Of a stretch of 64,000 nucleotides of DNA, positions 36,420 through 45,684 are shown piece after piece; the stretch's first letter is position 1, and the number at the start of each line of letters is the position of its first letter. Origin of the DNA: Chloroflexota bacterium (GTDB lineage Bacteria > Chloroflexota > UBA11872). The notes under the pieces are model-generated. The model searched no databases, was not told the origin of the DNA, and saw nothing but the letters and a program-made list of their open reading frames with translations. The position numbers and the translations under genes were made by a program. The stretch is from positions 17,099-81,098 of the forward strand of contig JAPPNP010000054.1 of assembly GCA_028873795.1 (NCBI GenBank). Direction: 5' to 3'.

Positions 36420-37303
36420 AGTCGCCCGACGAGATCCGCGGCCTCATGGAGGGCCCCTGCCTCTCCCTGCCGACGGTGTTCACACGCGACGGAGATGTCG
36501 ATCACGAGGGCATGCGCAACGTCATCGACGTGGCGCTGGACGCCGGTTGCCAGATCGTGATGCTGACCTGGGGCGACAGTCTGGTTTCGCTGCTCACCGA
36601 TACCGAGCTGGCCCAGGTGCATCGAAACGTGATCGAGCATGTAGGCAACCGAGCCGTGACCATCGGCTGCGACAACCAGTGGGCGCTGCCCAAGGCGCTG
36701 GAATTCGGGCGCTACGTCGAAGCGCTCGGGTACGACCTCTACATGGTGCGCCCGGCCGACTGGGCCAAAGGCACGCCGGAAACCCTGGCCGAGCACTTTC
36801 GGGCCATCGCCCAGGTGACCCGGGTGATGCTGGTGGGCATGGTGCCGCTGCGCACCTGCGAGTTGATCGAAAACGTGCCCAACGTGCTGGCGTTCAAGGA
36901 AGACCTGGCCATTGACTACGCGCACGAGGTGCAGATGCGCTGGGGCGACCGCTGGGCCATGGTCACCGGCGGCGCGCACAAGCGGCACGTGCTGTTCCAT
37001 CCCCACGGCCCGCGGGCGTGGCTGGACATCTTCATCCGCTTTCACCCGCAGCCGACCGTTGACTACTGGAACGCGCTCAAGCGCGACGACACCCGCACGG
37101 CCTGGGATATCGCCATGCGCTACGAGCAGAAGCTCTGGGACCTCGCCGCGCAGGTCCGCTACGAAAAGGACGGCCTGTTCGCCCACGCGCTGCTGGAGGT
37201 CTACGATGTCGCGCCGCGCTGGCGCCGCTCACCCGCACCCGATCCGACCGATGAAGAACTCGACGAGCTGCGCGACTGGCTGCGCGGCATCGGCCTGATG
37301 TAG
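36416..37303 (+). CDS. DHDPS/NAL-family aldolase-like protein 2
   Basis: ATGA overlap; LTWGDS and AFKED motifs. Confidence 0.85.
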   Translation: MKSPDEIRGLMEGPCLSLPTVFTRDGDVDHEGMRNVIDVALDAGCQIVMLTWGDSLVSLLTDTELAQVHRNVIEHVGNRAVTIGCDNQWALPKALEFGRYVEALGYDLYMVRPADWAKGTPETLAEHFRAIAQVTRVMLVGMVPLRTCELIENVPNVLAFKEDLAIDYAHEVQMRWGDRWAMVTGGAHKRHVLFHPHGPRAWLDIFIRFHPQPTVDYWNALKRDDTRTAWDIAMRYEQKLWDLAAQVRYEKDGLFAHALLEVYDVAPRWRRSPAPDPTDEELDELRDWLRGIGLM

Positions 37304-37320
37304 CCGCCCGGAGGTTCCCA

Positions 37321-38208
37321 ATGCGTGACCACGACGAAGTCCGCGCCCTGCTCGACGGCCCGATCAACTCGCTGCCCACGATCTTCACCGAGTCCGGCGA
37401 GATCGACTGGGACGGCACGCGGGCGGTGATCGACAAGTCGCTCGAAGGCAACTGCAACGTCATCATGCTGACCTGGGGCGACAGCCTCATCTCGCTGCTC
37501 ACGGACGACGAGGTGGCGGAGCTGCACCGCGTGGTGATCGACCATGTGGACGGCCGCGCGCTCACCATCGCCTGCGACAACCAGTGGGGTCTCAACAAGG
37601 CGATCGAGTTTGGGCGCTTCGTGCGCGAGCTGGGATACGACCTCTACATGGTGCGTCCGGCCGACTGGGCCAAGGGCACGCCGGAAAGCCTGGCGGACTA
37701 CTACAAGGCTTGCGGCCAGGTCGCCCCGGTGATGTTCGTGGGCGACGTGCCGATCCGCACGCTGGAGCTCGTGGCCGATGACCCGAACATGTGGGCCTTC
37801 AAGGAAGACCTGGGCCTGGACTACGCCCACGAGGTGCTGATGCGCTGGGGCGACCGCTGGCCGATGGCCGGCGGCGGCGGCATCAAGCGCCACTACGTGC
37901 TGTGGCCCCACGGCAACTGCAATTCCTGGCTGGACGTGTTCATCTACTGCAATCTGCTGCCCCAGAAGCTCTATTGGGACGCCATCAAGCGCGACGACCT
38001 GCCTGAAGCCTGGCGCCTGGCGCGGCACTACGAGCAGCCGATCTGGGACCTGTGGCCGGTATTCCCCGCCGGCGGCGACGGCCTGGTGCACACCATGATC
38101 GAGGTCTGCGGCGTGGCCCCCCGCTGGCGCCGCTCACCCGCCCCAAACGCCACCGAGGAGGAGATGGAACAGGTGCGGGACATGCTGCAGGGGTTGAAAC
38201 TGCTGTAG
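37321..38208 (+). CDS. DHDPS/NAL-family aldolase-like protein 3
   Basis: GGAGG RBS; LTWGDS and AFKED motifs. Confidence 0.85.
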   Translation: MRDHDEVRALLDGPINSLPTIFTESGEIDWDGTRAVIDKSLEGNCNVIMLTWGDSLISLLTDDEVAELHRVVIDHVDGRALTIACDNQWGLNKAIEFGRFVRELGYDLYMVRPADWAKGTPESLADYYKACGQVAPVMFVGDVPIRTLELVADDPNMWAFKEDLGLDYAHEVLMRWGDRWPMAGGGGIKRHYVLWPHGNCNSWLDVFIYCNLLPQKLYWDAIKRDDLPEAWRLARHYEQPIWDLWPVFPAGGDGLVHTMIEVCGVAPRWRRSPAPNATEEEMEQVRDMLQGLKLL

Positions 38209-38244
38209 GGGGCACCGAGAGCCTGCGCCACCGGGCAGTGCCCA

Positions 38245-39477
38245 TCAGTCGTCGTCAGGCGCTGCGGCGCGCTGCCGGCTGAGGATCAGCAGAATCACGA
38301 CAACCGGGGCAAGCACCAAGGCCGAGCCTAAGAACCCCGCGCGAAGCGAGATCCCAAGAGCGACGGCGCCGAGCGCCGGACCGGCAATGAGCTGCCCAGC
38401 TGCATTGGCCTGCGCGCCCACCGATAGCATCGTGGCTCGAACCCGCGACGGAATCACTCGATTCTGCAGCACGCTTAGCAATGGGCCGCTGACAGCGAAC
38501 AGCGGCCCGCGTAGCCACAGCATCGCCAGGGCGAGCCCAAGATTCGTGGCGAGCGCGAACGCGACCAGGCTGCCGATGTAGGTCGCCTGCGCGGCCACTA
38601 GCACGAGGCTCGTGACGCGGTCATTCGACGTATCGAACTTGCGGCGGGCGACTTCAGTGGCAGCGAGCGAGAGCCCCCGCCCCACATAGCCGCTGAGGCC
38701 GAACCAGGCTACGGGGTCCAGCGGGCCCAGCGGCGGCAGCGTGATGGTCTCCAGCAAGAACGGTGTGACCAGGCGGTCGGGGATTTCGCTGGACGCGCCA
38801 AACAAGAACGGCACGGCCACGACAAGGAGCAACGTGCGCTGGCCTCGAACGAGACGTAACGCCGTCCGCAGCGTCGCGCCCATCGTCTTGAACGTTTGGC
38901 GCCGGTGCGCCGGCACTCGCGTGAATCCCCGTTCCGGCATCGTGAATGCGAGGAATGCCGCAAGCCCCACAAACATTGCGCCACCCACGACAACCGGCAG
39001 TGCCCGCGACACGCTTGAGAGCGCAACAGCCAGCGAAATACCCACGAGACCGCCAATCAGATACGCCTGCGTACCGCGCAGAAGCGCTTCGCTGAGTCGC
39101 TCCTGCCCGACCTCATCGGCGATCCAGGCCGTGGTTGCGCCGCTGATGAAGGTAAATCCGAGCCCCCACACCACCTGGGCGGCGAGGACGCCCGCGAACA
39201 ACGGGATGGCCCCTTCCACCACGAATCCGGCGCCCATGAGGGCGAATCCGACCAAGATCGACAAGCGCCGGCTGTAGACATCAGCGACAACGCCGGTCGG
39301 CACTTCGAACGCCAACGTCGTCGCTTCGAGCAAGGTGCCGACTAACACGAGCTGCAGGGCATTCAGGCCGACGGTTTCGACCTGATAGACCAGGTTGGTG
39401 GTCACTACGGTGGTGAACGCCAGACCCTGGACGCCGGCCATCGCAATGGCGAGTGAATAGGCAGGGAGACGCTTCAT
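38245..39477 (-). CDS. MFS transporter, TetA(P)-like
   Basis: LNALQLVLVGT, FEVPTGVVADVYSRRLS and WGLGFTFISGATTAWIADE resemble the clostridial TetA(P) N-terminus. Confidence 0.85.
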   Translation of the reverse strand: MKRLPAYSLAIAMAGVQGLAFTTVVTTNLVYQVETVGLNALQLVLVGTLLEATTLAFEVPTGVVADVYSRRLSILVGFALMGAGFVVEGAIPLFAGVLAAQVVWGLGFTFISGATTAWIADEVGQERLSEALLRGTQAYLIGGLVGISLAVALSSVSRALPVVVGGAMFVGLAAFLAFTMPERGFTRVPAHRRQTFKTMGATLRTALRLVRGQRTLLLVVAVPFLFGASSEIPDRLVTPFLLETITLPPLGPLDPVAWFGLSGYVGRGLSLAATEVARRKFDTSNDRVTSLVLVAAQATYIGSLVAFALATNLGLALAMLWLRGPLFAVSGPLLSVLQNRVIPSRVRATMLSVGAQANAAGQLIAGPALGAVALGISLRAGFLGSALVLAPVVVILLILSRQRAAAPDDD

Positions 39478-39620
39478 TGAATGCCACCCGTCGTTGCTAC
39501 CGAGAGCCTGGACATGTGCGGATGAATGACGCTCGGTAGTCGACGCTGGCTTGACAATGTGTGCGGCAGGTCACGGTCGTCGCTGCGTGAACGCCGCGAC
39601 CGGACGGAAAGCATGGACAT
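39474..39620 (-). promoter_or_regulatory. Putative 48-aa leader ORF with hairpins (attenuator) coupled to the MFS gene
   Basis: GGAG RBS, then ATG at 39620; TGA overlaps the MFS ATG. Stems CTACCGAG/CTCGGTAG and CGGTCG/CGACCG. Confidence 0.45.
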
Positions 39621-40003
39621 AGATGGACTCCAATCCCAAGTACATGAGGTGTTGGACAGGAGCCCGGGGCGCAGCTCGGCCGCGTGCGTTAGCTTCTAGC
39701 GCCTCGACCGATGGTCGCGATCGAGGCGCGGTGAACGGACGGTCTACTTACCGCCTGCGCATTGCCCTGCGGCAAGGACTGTTGCTAGCGGGCGACCTTT
39801 CGCGTCGCAAGGCTCGCCAACAATTGGAAACTGCTCGCGAGGGATGCCATGTCGTTGCGACTCCTTGCGAATCGAAGTCCAAGCCTGAGCTTGGAGCCAC
39901 TTGGGCCAATGGTGCCAGCGGTGTTCGTCAGCGGCAACACCGGGTCAGCATGGTCGGCAGCGCCGATGACTGGCGGCCCAGGCTGTCTGGGCGCAATTGC
40001 TGC

Positions 40004-41518
40004 TCAAGATCGTCGAGTTCCCTTGGGGACCGGCGGGCGATACATCAGCGCAATCGCTGCCGCGGAAATCATGAACACCGCCTGGACGAGAAAGCCGACG
40101 CGCCAGCCGTCGAGGAAGGCGTTGGTGGTGGCGGGGTCCGAGGCCACGGCGCTGACGCTGGCCTCGGCGCCGGCGTTGGCCATGACGGCCGTGACGATGG
40201 CGGTGATCAGGGCCAGGGCGACGATGCTGGCGATGGTGCCCGCCAGGTTCATGAACGCCACGGAGACGGTGTAGACCCGATCGGGCACGGCGCCGAGCAT
40301 GGCATTGGTGCTGGGCGAGGTCACCAGCGAGAGACTGGCGCTGTTGACGACCAGCACCAGCACGATCACGGCCAGAGGGGTGTCCGATCCGAAGCTCGCC
40401 AGCGCGAGAACGCTGACGAGGCCCACCAGCGGTCCGGCAATCAGAAACGGACGCGGCGTCCACCGGTCGGAGAACCGTCCGGCGAGCGTGGCGACGAGGG
40501 TATAGACGGCGAATCCCGGCACGAGGATGAACCCCAGATCGCGCGCGCTGAAGCCCAGCACGCCCTGGATGTAGAACGGCACCAGGAATCCCCCGCCGGA
40601 CAGGCCCATCAGCAGCACGATGCGGGCGCCCAGCGGCGTGACCACGGCGCGTCGCCGTAGGAGTCGCAGGTCGAATACCGGATGGGGCGTGCGCAGCTCC
40701 CACCAGACGTAGGCGCCGCCCAAGACTGCGGCGGCTGCGATGGAGCTCCAGACCAGCGGCTCGGTCCAGCCGATCACCGGCCCCATCGTCAGCCCCAACA
40801 CCAGCGTAACCGCGATTCCGGCGATGGCGCTCGAGCCGAACCAGTCGAACCGGCCCGGCTCGTCGCCGGATTCGGGCGACCGACCCGCTTCCAACACCAG
40901 CCAGGCGCCGACCGCGCCGACGATCGCCGGTAGCGCCAACGCGTGATAGGCCCAGCGCCAGCCGCCCGCCTCAACGACGATGCCGCCGACCGCCGGCGCC
41001 ACCAGGGCGCTGAATCCGACCGTGGCGGAGGAGAGTCCGAGCACCTTGCCGCGCTCGCCCTCGGGGAAGAGGGTGACGGCGATGGCGATGCCGTTGGCCC
41101 CCACGATGGCCGTCGCCGCGCCTTGCAGCAGGCGCGCCGCGATCAGTGATTCGAGCGACGGCGCCCAGCCGGCCATGAGCGAAGCGGCGGCGAACAGCGC
41201 CATGCCGCCGATAAAGAACGCGCGGCGGCCCAACCGGTCGGCCAGGTAGCCCGCGGGCATGACCACGGCGGCCGTCGTCAGGGACACGGCAATGGCGACC
41301 CACTGCACCTCGGCCAGGGTGGACCCGAAGTCCGCCGCGATGCTGGGCAGGGTGACCGTGGCGATGTTGTGCACGATCACGCTGAGAAACGTGCCGATCA
41401 GGATGACGCCCAGACCGCGCCACTTGGGATCGCGCACGAGTTGCGACAGGTGCGGCCGGTCGCTGTTTTCGTCCTCGGATGCCGCCGCGTCGTTCACCGA
41501 CGGTCGCCGCTCACGCAT
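40004..41518 (-). CDS. MFS transporter, DHA2 (EmrB/QacA-like, 14 TM)
   Basis: LPSIAADF, GYLADRLGRR, ARLLQG, ERGK and FDW motifs; start uncertain. Confidence 0.88.
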   Translation of the reverse strand: MRERRPSVNDAAASEDENSDRPHLSQLVRDPKWRGLGVILIGTFLSVIVHNIATVTLPSIAADFGSTLAEVQWVAIAVSLTTAAVVMPAGYLADRLGRRAFFIGGMALFAAASLMAGWAPSLESLIAARLLQGAATAIVGANGIAIAVTLFPEGERGKVLGLSSATVGFSALVAPAVGGIVVEAGGWRWAYHALALPAIVGAVGAWLVLEAGRSPESGDEPGRFDWFGSSAIAGIAVTLVLGLTMGPVIGWTEPLVWSSIAAAAVLGGAYVWWELRTPHPVFDLRLLRRRAVVTPLGARIVLLMGLSGGGFLVPFYIQGVLGFSARDLGFILVPGFAVYTLVATLAGRFSDRWTPRPFLIAGPLVGLVSVLALASFGSDTPLAVIVLVLVVNSASLSLVTSPSTNAMLGAVPDRVYTVSVAFMNLAGTIASIVALALITAIVTAVMANAGAEASVSAVASDPATTNAFLDGWRVGFLVQAVFMISAAAIALMYRPPVPKGTRRS

Positions 41519-41640
41519 AGTTCGCGCCAGGCGATTGATGGTGCGATGGGGCGCGGCGTAAGGTACACCAACGTTCACCGGGCAGGAGGCGCGAATGTGC
41601 GGCCAACGCCGGTGAGCGTTGCCACGTCCATGCCCGGCCG

Positions 41641-43434
41641 ATGGCCGTCGCTGTGACCGACCGTTTCGGCGACACGTGGCTCAACGGCACGCCGCGCTAC
41701 CTCACCGACCTGGATCGCAGCGAGCCGGCAGCGGCCATCCGATCCTCGCCCGAGCTGCGGCACTGGCGCGCCATGTCGTACCGAACGGACTCGCTGCGCG
41801 GCACCATGCTGGCCGCGGGCCTCGAGACGGCGGCGCCCACGGTGCGCTATCCGCTCGACGCGCGCGGGCCGCACGCCATATCGGTCGGCACCGTGCCGCT
41901 TCGGACAGCCGACGAAGGGCTGACGCTGGGCCTGTCGCTCAAGCTGAGCGGCGACGACACGTTCTCGCTACTGGCCATGAATCCCTACCGGCGGCCCGAC
42001 CACGGCGTCGATGTCGTCGAGCTCTACTGGAAGATCGCGGACCTGACCGGCCAGCAGCTCGACATCGGCCAGGTGAGCGCGCGAGTCGGCGAGGGCGATG
42101 GGCCCGGAGCACTCGCCTGCGCGGCGGCGCGAGTGGTTTACATAAAACTCATCGCGTTGACGGACGCCGAGATCGCGGACTGGCGCGCGGACCAGACCCG
42201 ATCCGACACCAGGCGCCTCTTCGCCCACAACGACGCCCACTTTCCGCACTACCAGTTTCGGCTCACAACGCCCGGCGATGTGCGGAGCGAGTTCGAGCCG
42301 TACCACGAGAGCGACTTTTCACGGATGTACTGGGAGGCCGGGGGCGGCGACCTGATGTCGTATTTCACGGCCATCGGCAGGCGGCACACGCTGGACGGGC
42401 TGGAGGACTATGGCCGCCGCGGCGATCGCCTGCACGCTGAAAGCTGGCGGGTGTTCCGCGACGAGGGCGTCGACCCGTTCGAGGTAGCGCTGGCGGAGAC
42501 GCGCGCGGTTGGGCTGGAGTTTCACGCCTGCTATCGAGTGGCAGGATTCCACTACCCGCCACCGCTCGACCATCACAACCACGGCGACACCTATTTCCAG
42601 CGGCATCCTGAGTTCTACGGCGAAGACCGGGCAGGCAACCGGACGCCGCGCATCTCCTACAGCTATCCGGAGGTACGCGAGTTTGTCGTCTCGCTGCTGC
42701 GCGAGATCGCCGAGCGACCCATCGACGGGGTCTGTCTGCTCTACAACCGGCGCCCGCCGCTGGTGGAATACGAGCCGCCGTTGGTCGACGGATTCACCCG
42801 TGAATTCGGGTGCGATCCGCGGACGCTGCCGGAGGACGATCCGGACTGGCTGGCTTACCGCGCGGCCACGCTCACGCAATTCATGCGCGACGTGCGCGCG
42901 GCGATGGACCAAGCGTCGCAGGGTCGGCGGCGGAGGCTCGCGGTCTCGGCGATCGTGGCCGCGTCCGAGGCGGAGAACTTGATGCAGGGCATCGATGTGG
43001 CGGCCTGGGTGCGCGAGGGCCTGGTGGATACGCTGATTCCCTACAGCGCCCGCACCAACTATCGCCCGTTCTTCAACGAGCCCGGCGGCATGGTGTGGAC
43101 AGATTCCGAGCAGCTCGAATTCCTGGTGGAAACAGTGGCGGACTCGCCGTGCGTGGTGGCGCCCAACGTGATGCCGCGGTCGATGCCGCCGGAGGACTAT
43201 CGGCGGCAGGCGGCAACCATCTATGCGGCGGGGGCTGAGCATTTGTTCTTCTGGGATTCGGCGGGCGGCGGGTGCCGGGCGAACTTTGGGCACGAATGGA
43301 ACGCGCTGCGGCGGTTGGGCCATGTAGACGAGATCCAGGCGTGGATCGAAGCTGGTGAGCCCGAACTGCCGCGTCCGTCGATGCCGCTTCGCGAATGGGC
43401 CGGATGGGATCTTTCGTACGTGACTCCGGGATAG
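41641..43434 (+). CDS. GHL10/DUF187-like TIM-barrel protein, paralog 1
   Basis: HNDAH, RMYWE, SYSYPEVR and DGVCLLYNRRPP motifs, with an N-terminal beta domain. Confidence 0.65.
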   Translation: MAVAVTDRFGDTWLNGTPRYLTDLDRSEPAAAIRSSPELRHWRAMSYRTDSLRGTMLAAGLETAAPTVRYPLDARGPHAISVGTVPLRTADEGLTLGLSLKLSGDDTFSLLAMNPYRRPDHGVDVVELYWKIADLTGQQLDIGQVSARVGEGDGPGALACAAARVVYIKLIALTDAEIADWRADQTRSDTRRLFAHNDAHFPHYQFRLTTPGDVRSEFEPYHESDFSRMYWEAGGGDLMSYFTAIGRRHTLDGLEDYGRRGDRLHAESWRVFRDEGVDPFEVALAETRAVGLEFHACYRVAGFHYPPPLDHHNHGDTYFQRHPEFYGEDRAGNRTPRISYSYPEVREFVVSLLREIAERPIDGVCLLYNRRPPLVEYEPPLVDGFTREFGCDPRTLPEDDPDWLAYRAATLTQFMRDVRAAMDQASQGRRRRLAVSAIVAASEAENLMQGIDVAAWVREGLVDTLIPYSARTNYRPFFNEPGGMVWTDSEQLEFLVETVADSPCVVAPNVMPRSMPPEDYRRQAATIYAAGAEHLFFWDSAGGGCRANFGHEWNALRRLGHVDEIQAWIEAGEPELPRPSMPLREWAGWDLSYVTPG

Positions 43435-43438
43435 GAAG

Positions 43439-45214
43439 GTGAGCGCCATGTCCGATGCCATAACCGACCGTGGATTCCGCGCGGCGCCGCGCTTCGTGGC
43501 CGATTTCGACCGCTGCACGCCGTCCGACGCGCTGGCAACGGACGCCACCCGCGGCCACTGGCAGACGCTGTCGTTCGAGGCCGAGGGGGTCTCGGGGACG
43601 ATGCTCTTCGCCGGACCGGAAACGCTGGCGCCGGATGTGACCTATCCGCTGCGGGTCGACGGCTGGCACGCGATCTCGGTGGGCGTCCATCCGACTGCGG
43701 GAGGCGAAAGCGACTTCGCGCTGGTCCAGGTGATGCTCAGCGGCGATTCCGCATTCTCGACGCTGACCTGGAGCACGGAGGGCCACCACCTGCGCCGCAA
43801 AGAGCTGCAAGAGATTTTCTGGAAGGTCGCCGATCTCACCGGCCAAGAAGTGGTGTTCTCGCAGTTGCACCGGCGCATCGATTCCGGCGACGGGCTGGGG
43901 TCGGTGCAGTCGGGCTCGGCGCGCATCGCCTACCTGAAGCTGGTGCCGCTGGCCGACGATGAGGTAAAGGAACTGGTTGGTGAGCGCACGTCGGGCCGGG
44001 ACCGCCGCCTCTGGGCCCACAACGACGCGCACGGTCCGCACTACACCTACCGCATGACGACCGCCGAGGAGGTCAGGCGCGAGATCGAGCCGTACCGCGA
44101 CACGGACTTCAGCCGCATGTACTGGGAGTCGGGCGCGGGCGATCTGATGCGCTATTTCACGAAGATCGGCCGCACGGCCACCGCGCACGGGGTGGAGATG
44201 TTTCCGCGCGTCGGCGATCGCCTGCTGGCCGAGAGTTGGCGCAGCTTTCACGAGCAGGGCATCGACCCGTTTCAGGTGGCGCTCGATCACACCCACGAGC
44301 TGGGAATGGAGTTCCACGCCGCCTACCGGCTCGCCGCCTGGACCTACCCGCCGCCGATGAACCAGGAGTATCTGGACGGGTATTTCCAAGACAATCCCCA
44401 GTGGCGCTGCCTGGATCGTGACGGGCGCGAGCTGCCGCGCATGTCCTATGCCTTTCCCGAGGTGCAGGACTACTGCCTGGCCGCGCTGCGCGAGATGGCC
44501 GAATTCGACCTGGACGGCATTTGCCTGCTGTTCAACCGCCGCCCGCCGTACCTGATGTACGAGCAGCCGCTGATCGAGGGGTTCGCCGTGAGTAACGGCG
44601 CCGATCCCCGCGAGTTGCCCGAGGACGATCCGGAGTGGCTGGCCTATCGAGCCGGCGTGCTGACGGAGTTTATGCGCCGGGTGCGACAGGAGATGGACGC
44701 CGTTGCGCGCGAGCAGGGCCGGCGGCGCATCGAGCTCTCGGCCTGCGTGCAGGGCCTGATGGCGGAGAACGTGCTCTTTGGCTGCGACGTGGCCACCTGG
44801 GCGCGGGAGGGGCTGATCGACGCGCTGATTCCCTACAGCGCCGCGCCGCTGGCGATGCCGACCGACGAGGACACCTGGTCGGCGGCGGAGCAGCTGACGC
44901 CGTTTGTCGAGGCCACCAGCGGCACCGCCTGCACACTGGCGCCAAACGTGATGCCACGCCACATGAGCCCCGAGGACTTCCGGCGCAAGGCGCACCTGAT
45001 CTACGGCACCGGCGCCGAGCATCTGTTTTTCTGGGACTGCGCGGGTCCGGGCGGACGCGCCAACTCGCAGCCGATGTGGAACGCGCTGCGGCGGTTGGGT
45101 CACCGCGAGGAGATCGCCGAGTGGGTGGCGGCCGGCGAGCCGGCGCTGGGCGATTGGACCGTGCCGCTGCACGACCTCGCCGGATGGGACATGACGGTCA
45201 TCGCGCCGGGATAG
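43439..45214 (+). CDS. GHL10/DUF187-like TIM-barrel protein, paralog 2
   Basis: Colinear with paralog 1 (HNDAH, RMYWE, DGICLLFNRRPP, HLFFWD). Confidence 0.65.
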   Translation: MSAMSDAITDRGFRAAPRFVADFDRCTPSDALATDATRGHWQTLSFEAEGVSGTMLFAGPETLAPDVTYPLRVDGWHAISVGVHPTAGGESDFALVQVMLSGDSAFSTLTWSTEGHHLRRKELQEIFWKVADLTGQEVVFSQLHRRIDSGDGLGSVQSGSARIAYLKLVPLADDEVKELVGERTSGRDRRLWAHNDAHGPHYTYRMTTAEEVRREIEPYRDTDFSRMYWESGAGDLMRYFTKIGRTATAHGVEMFPRVGDRLLAESWRSFHEQGIDPFQVALDHTHELGMEFHAAYRLAAWTYPPPMNQEYLDGYFQDNPQWRCLDRDGRELPRMSYAFPEVQDYCLAALREMAEFDLDGICLLFNRRPPYLMYEQPLIEGFAVSNGADPRELPEDDPEWLAYRAGVLTEFMRRVRQEMDAVAREQGRRRIELSACVQGLMAENVLFGCDVATWAREGLIDALIPYSAAPLAMPTDEDTWSAAEQLTPFVEATSGTACTLAPNVMPRHMSPEDFRRKAHLIYGTGAEHLFFWDCAGPGGRANSQPMWNALRRLGHREEIAEWVAAGEPALGDWTVPLHDLAGWDMTVIAPG

Positions 45215-45669
45215 TGGGCGAAACCGCCGGCCTGGACCAGATAGAGAGCGCGTTCAACCGCGACTTCAACCACTGGGACATATGCCTGCCGCCGGAGGCC
45301 ATCGCATCCCGCCAGGCCGGCCGAATCGTCGAGAGCGGCTGGACCATCTGGTACACGTTCGGGTCTGACGAGGGCGACGAATACCTGGACTACTACGCCA
45401 GCCACCGGATGACCAACGACCGGCACGTTCGCCTTTGTGCCGATGGTCGTGTCGAAGGACTCGAGGCAGTGATCGACATGCACGTCGTTCCGGAGGATCC
45501 CGAGGAAGCCGCCCAGGCCCAGGCCGACTTTTACGCGCGCAACCGGGCCGTGCGGCGGATGCTGGATGCGAAGGGATTCACGCTCGACGGTGTCGTGCAT
45601 CCGAGTGTTGCGATCAATCACTACTTCCTGACTGGTGGAGCGGACGATGAGGGTGATTCCGAACCCTAG
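45214..45669 (+). CDS. Hypothetical protein (about 151 aa)
   Basis: GTG overlaps the upstream stop; protein-like C-terminal part of ORF 44635-45669 (YLDYYASHRMTNDRH). Confidence 0.65.
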   Translation: MGETAGLDQIESAFNRDFNHWDICLPPEAIASRQAGRIVESGWTIWYTFGSDEGDEYLDYYASHRMTNDRHVRLCADGRVEGLEAVIDMHVVPEDPEEAAQAQADFYARNRAVRRMLDAKGFTLDGVVHPSVAINHYFLTGGADDEGDSEP

Positions 45670-45684
45670 GGCCGGCTGGAGCGG

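Noticed and set aside
35511-38208. Naming the aldolases dapA or nanA
   Set aside because: The GTTGE/GSTGE motif and the catalytic Tyr are absent; only a family-level call is justified.
39623-40003. Possible gene between the two MFS genes
   Set aside because: The ORFs are not protein-like and overlap the DHA2 gene antisense.
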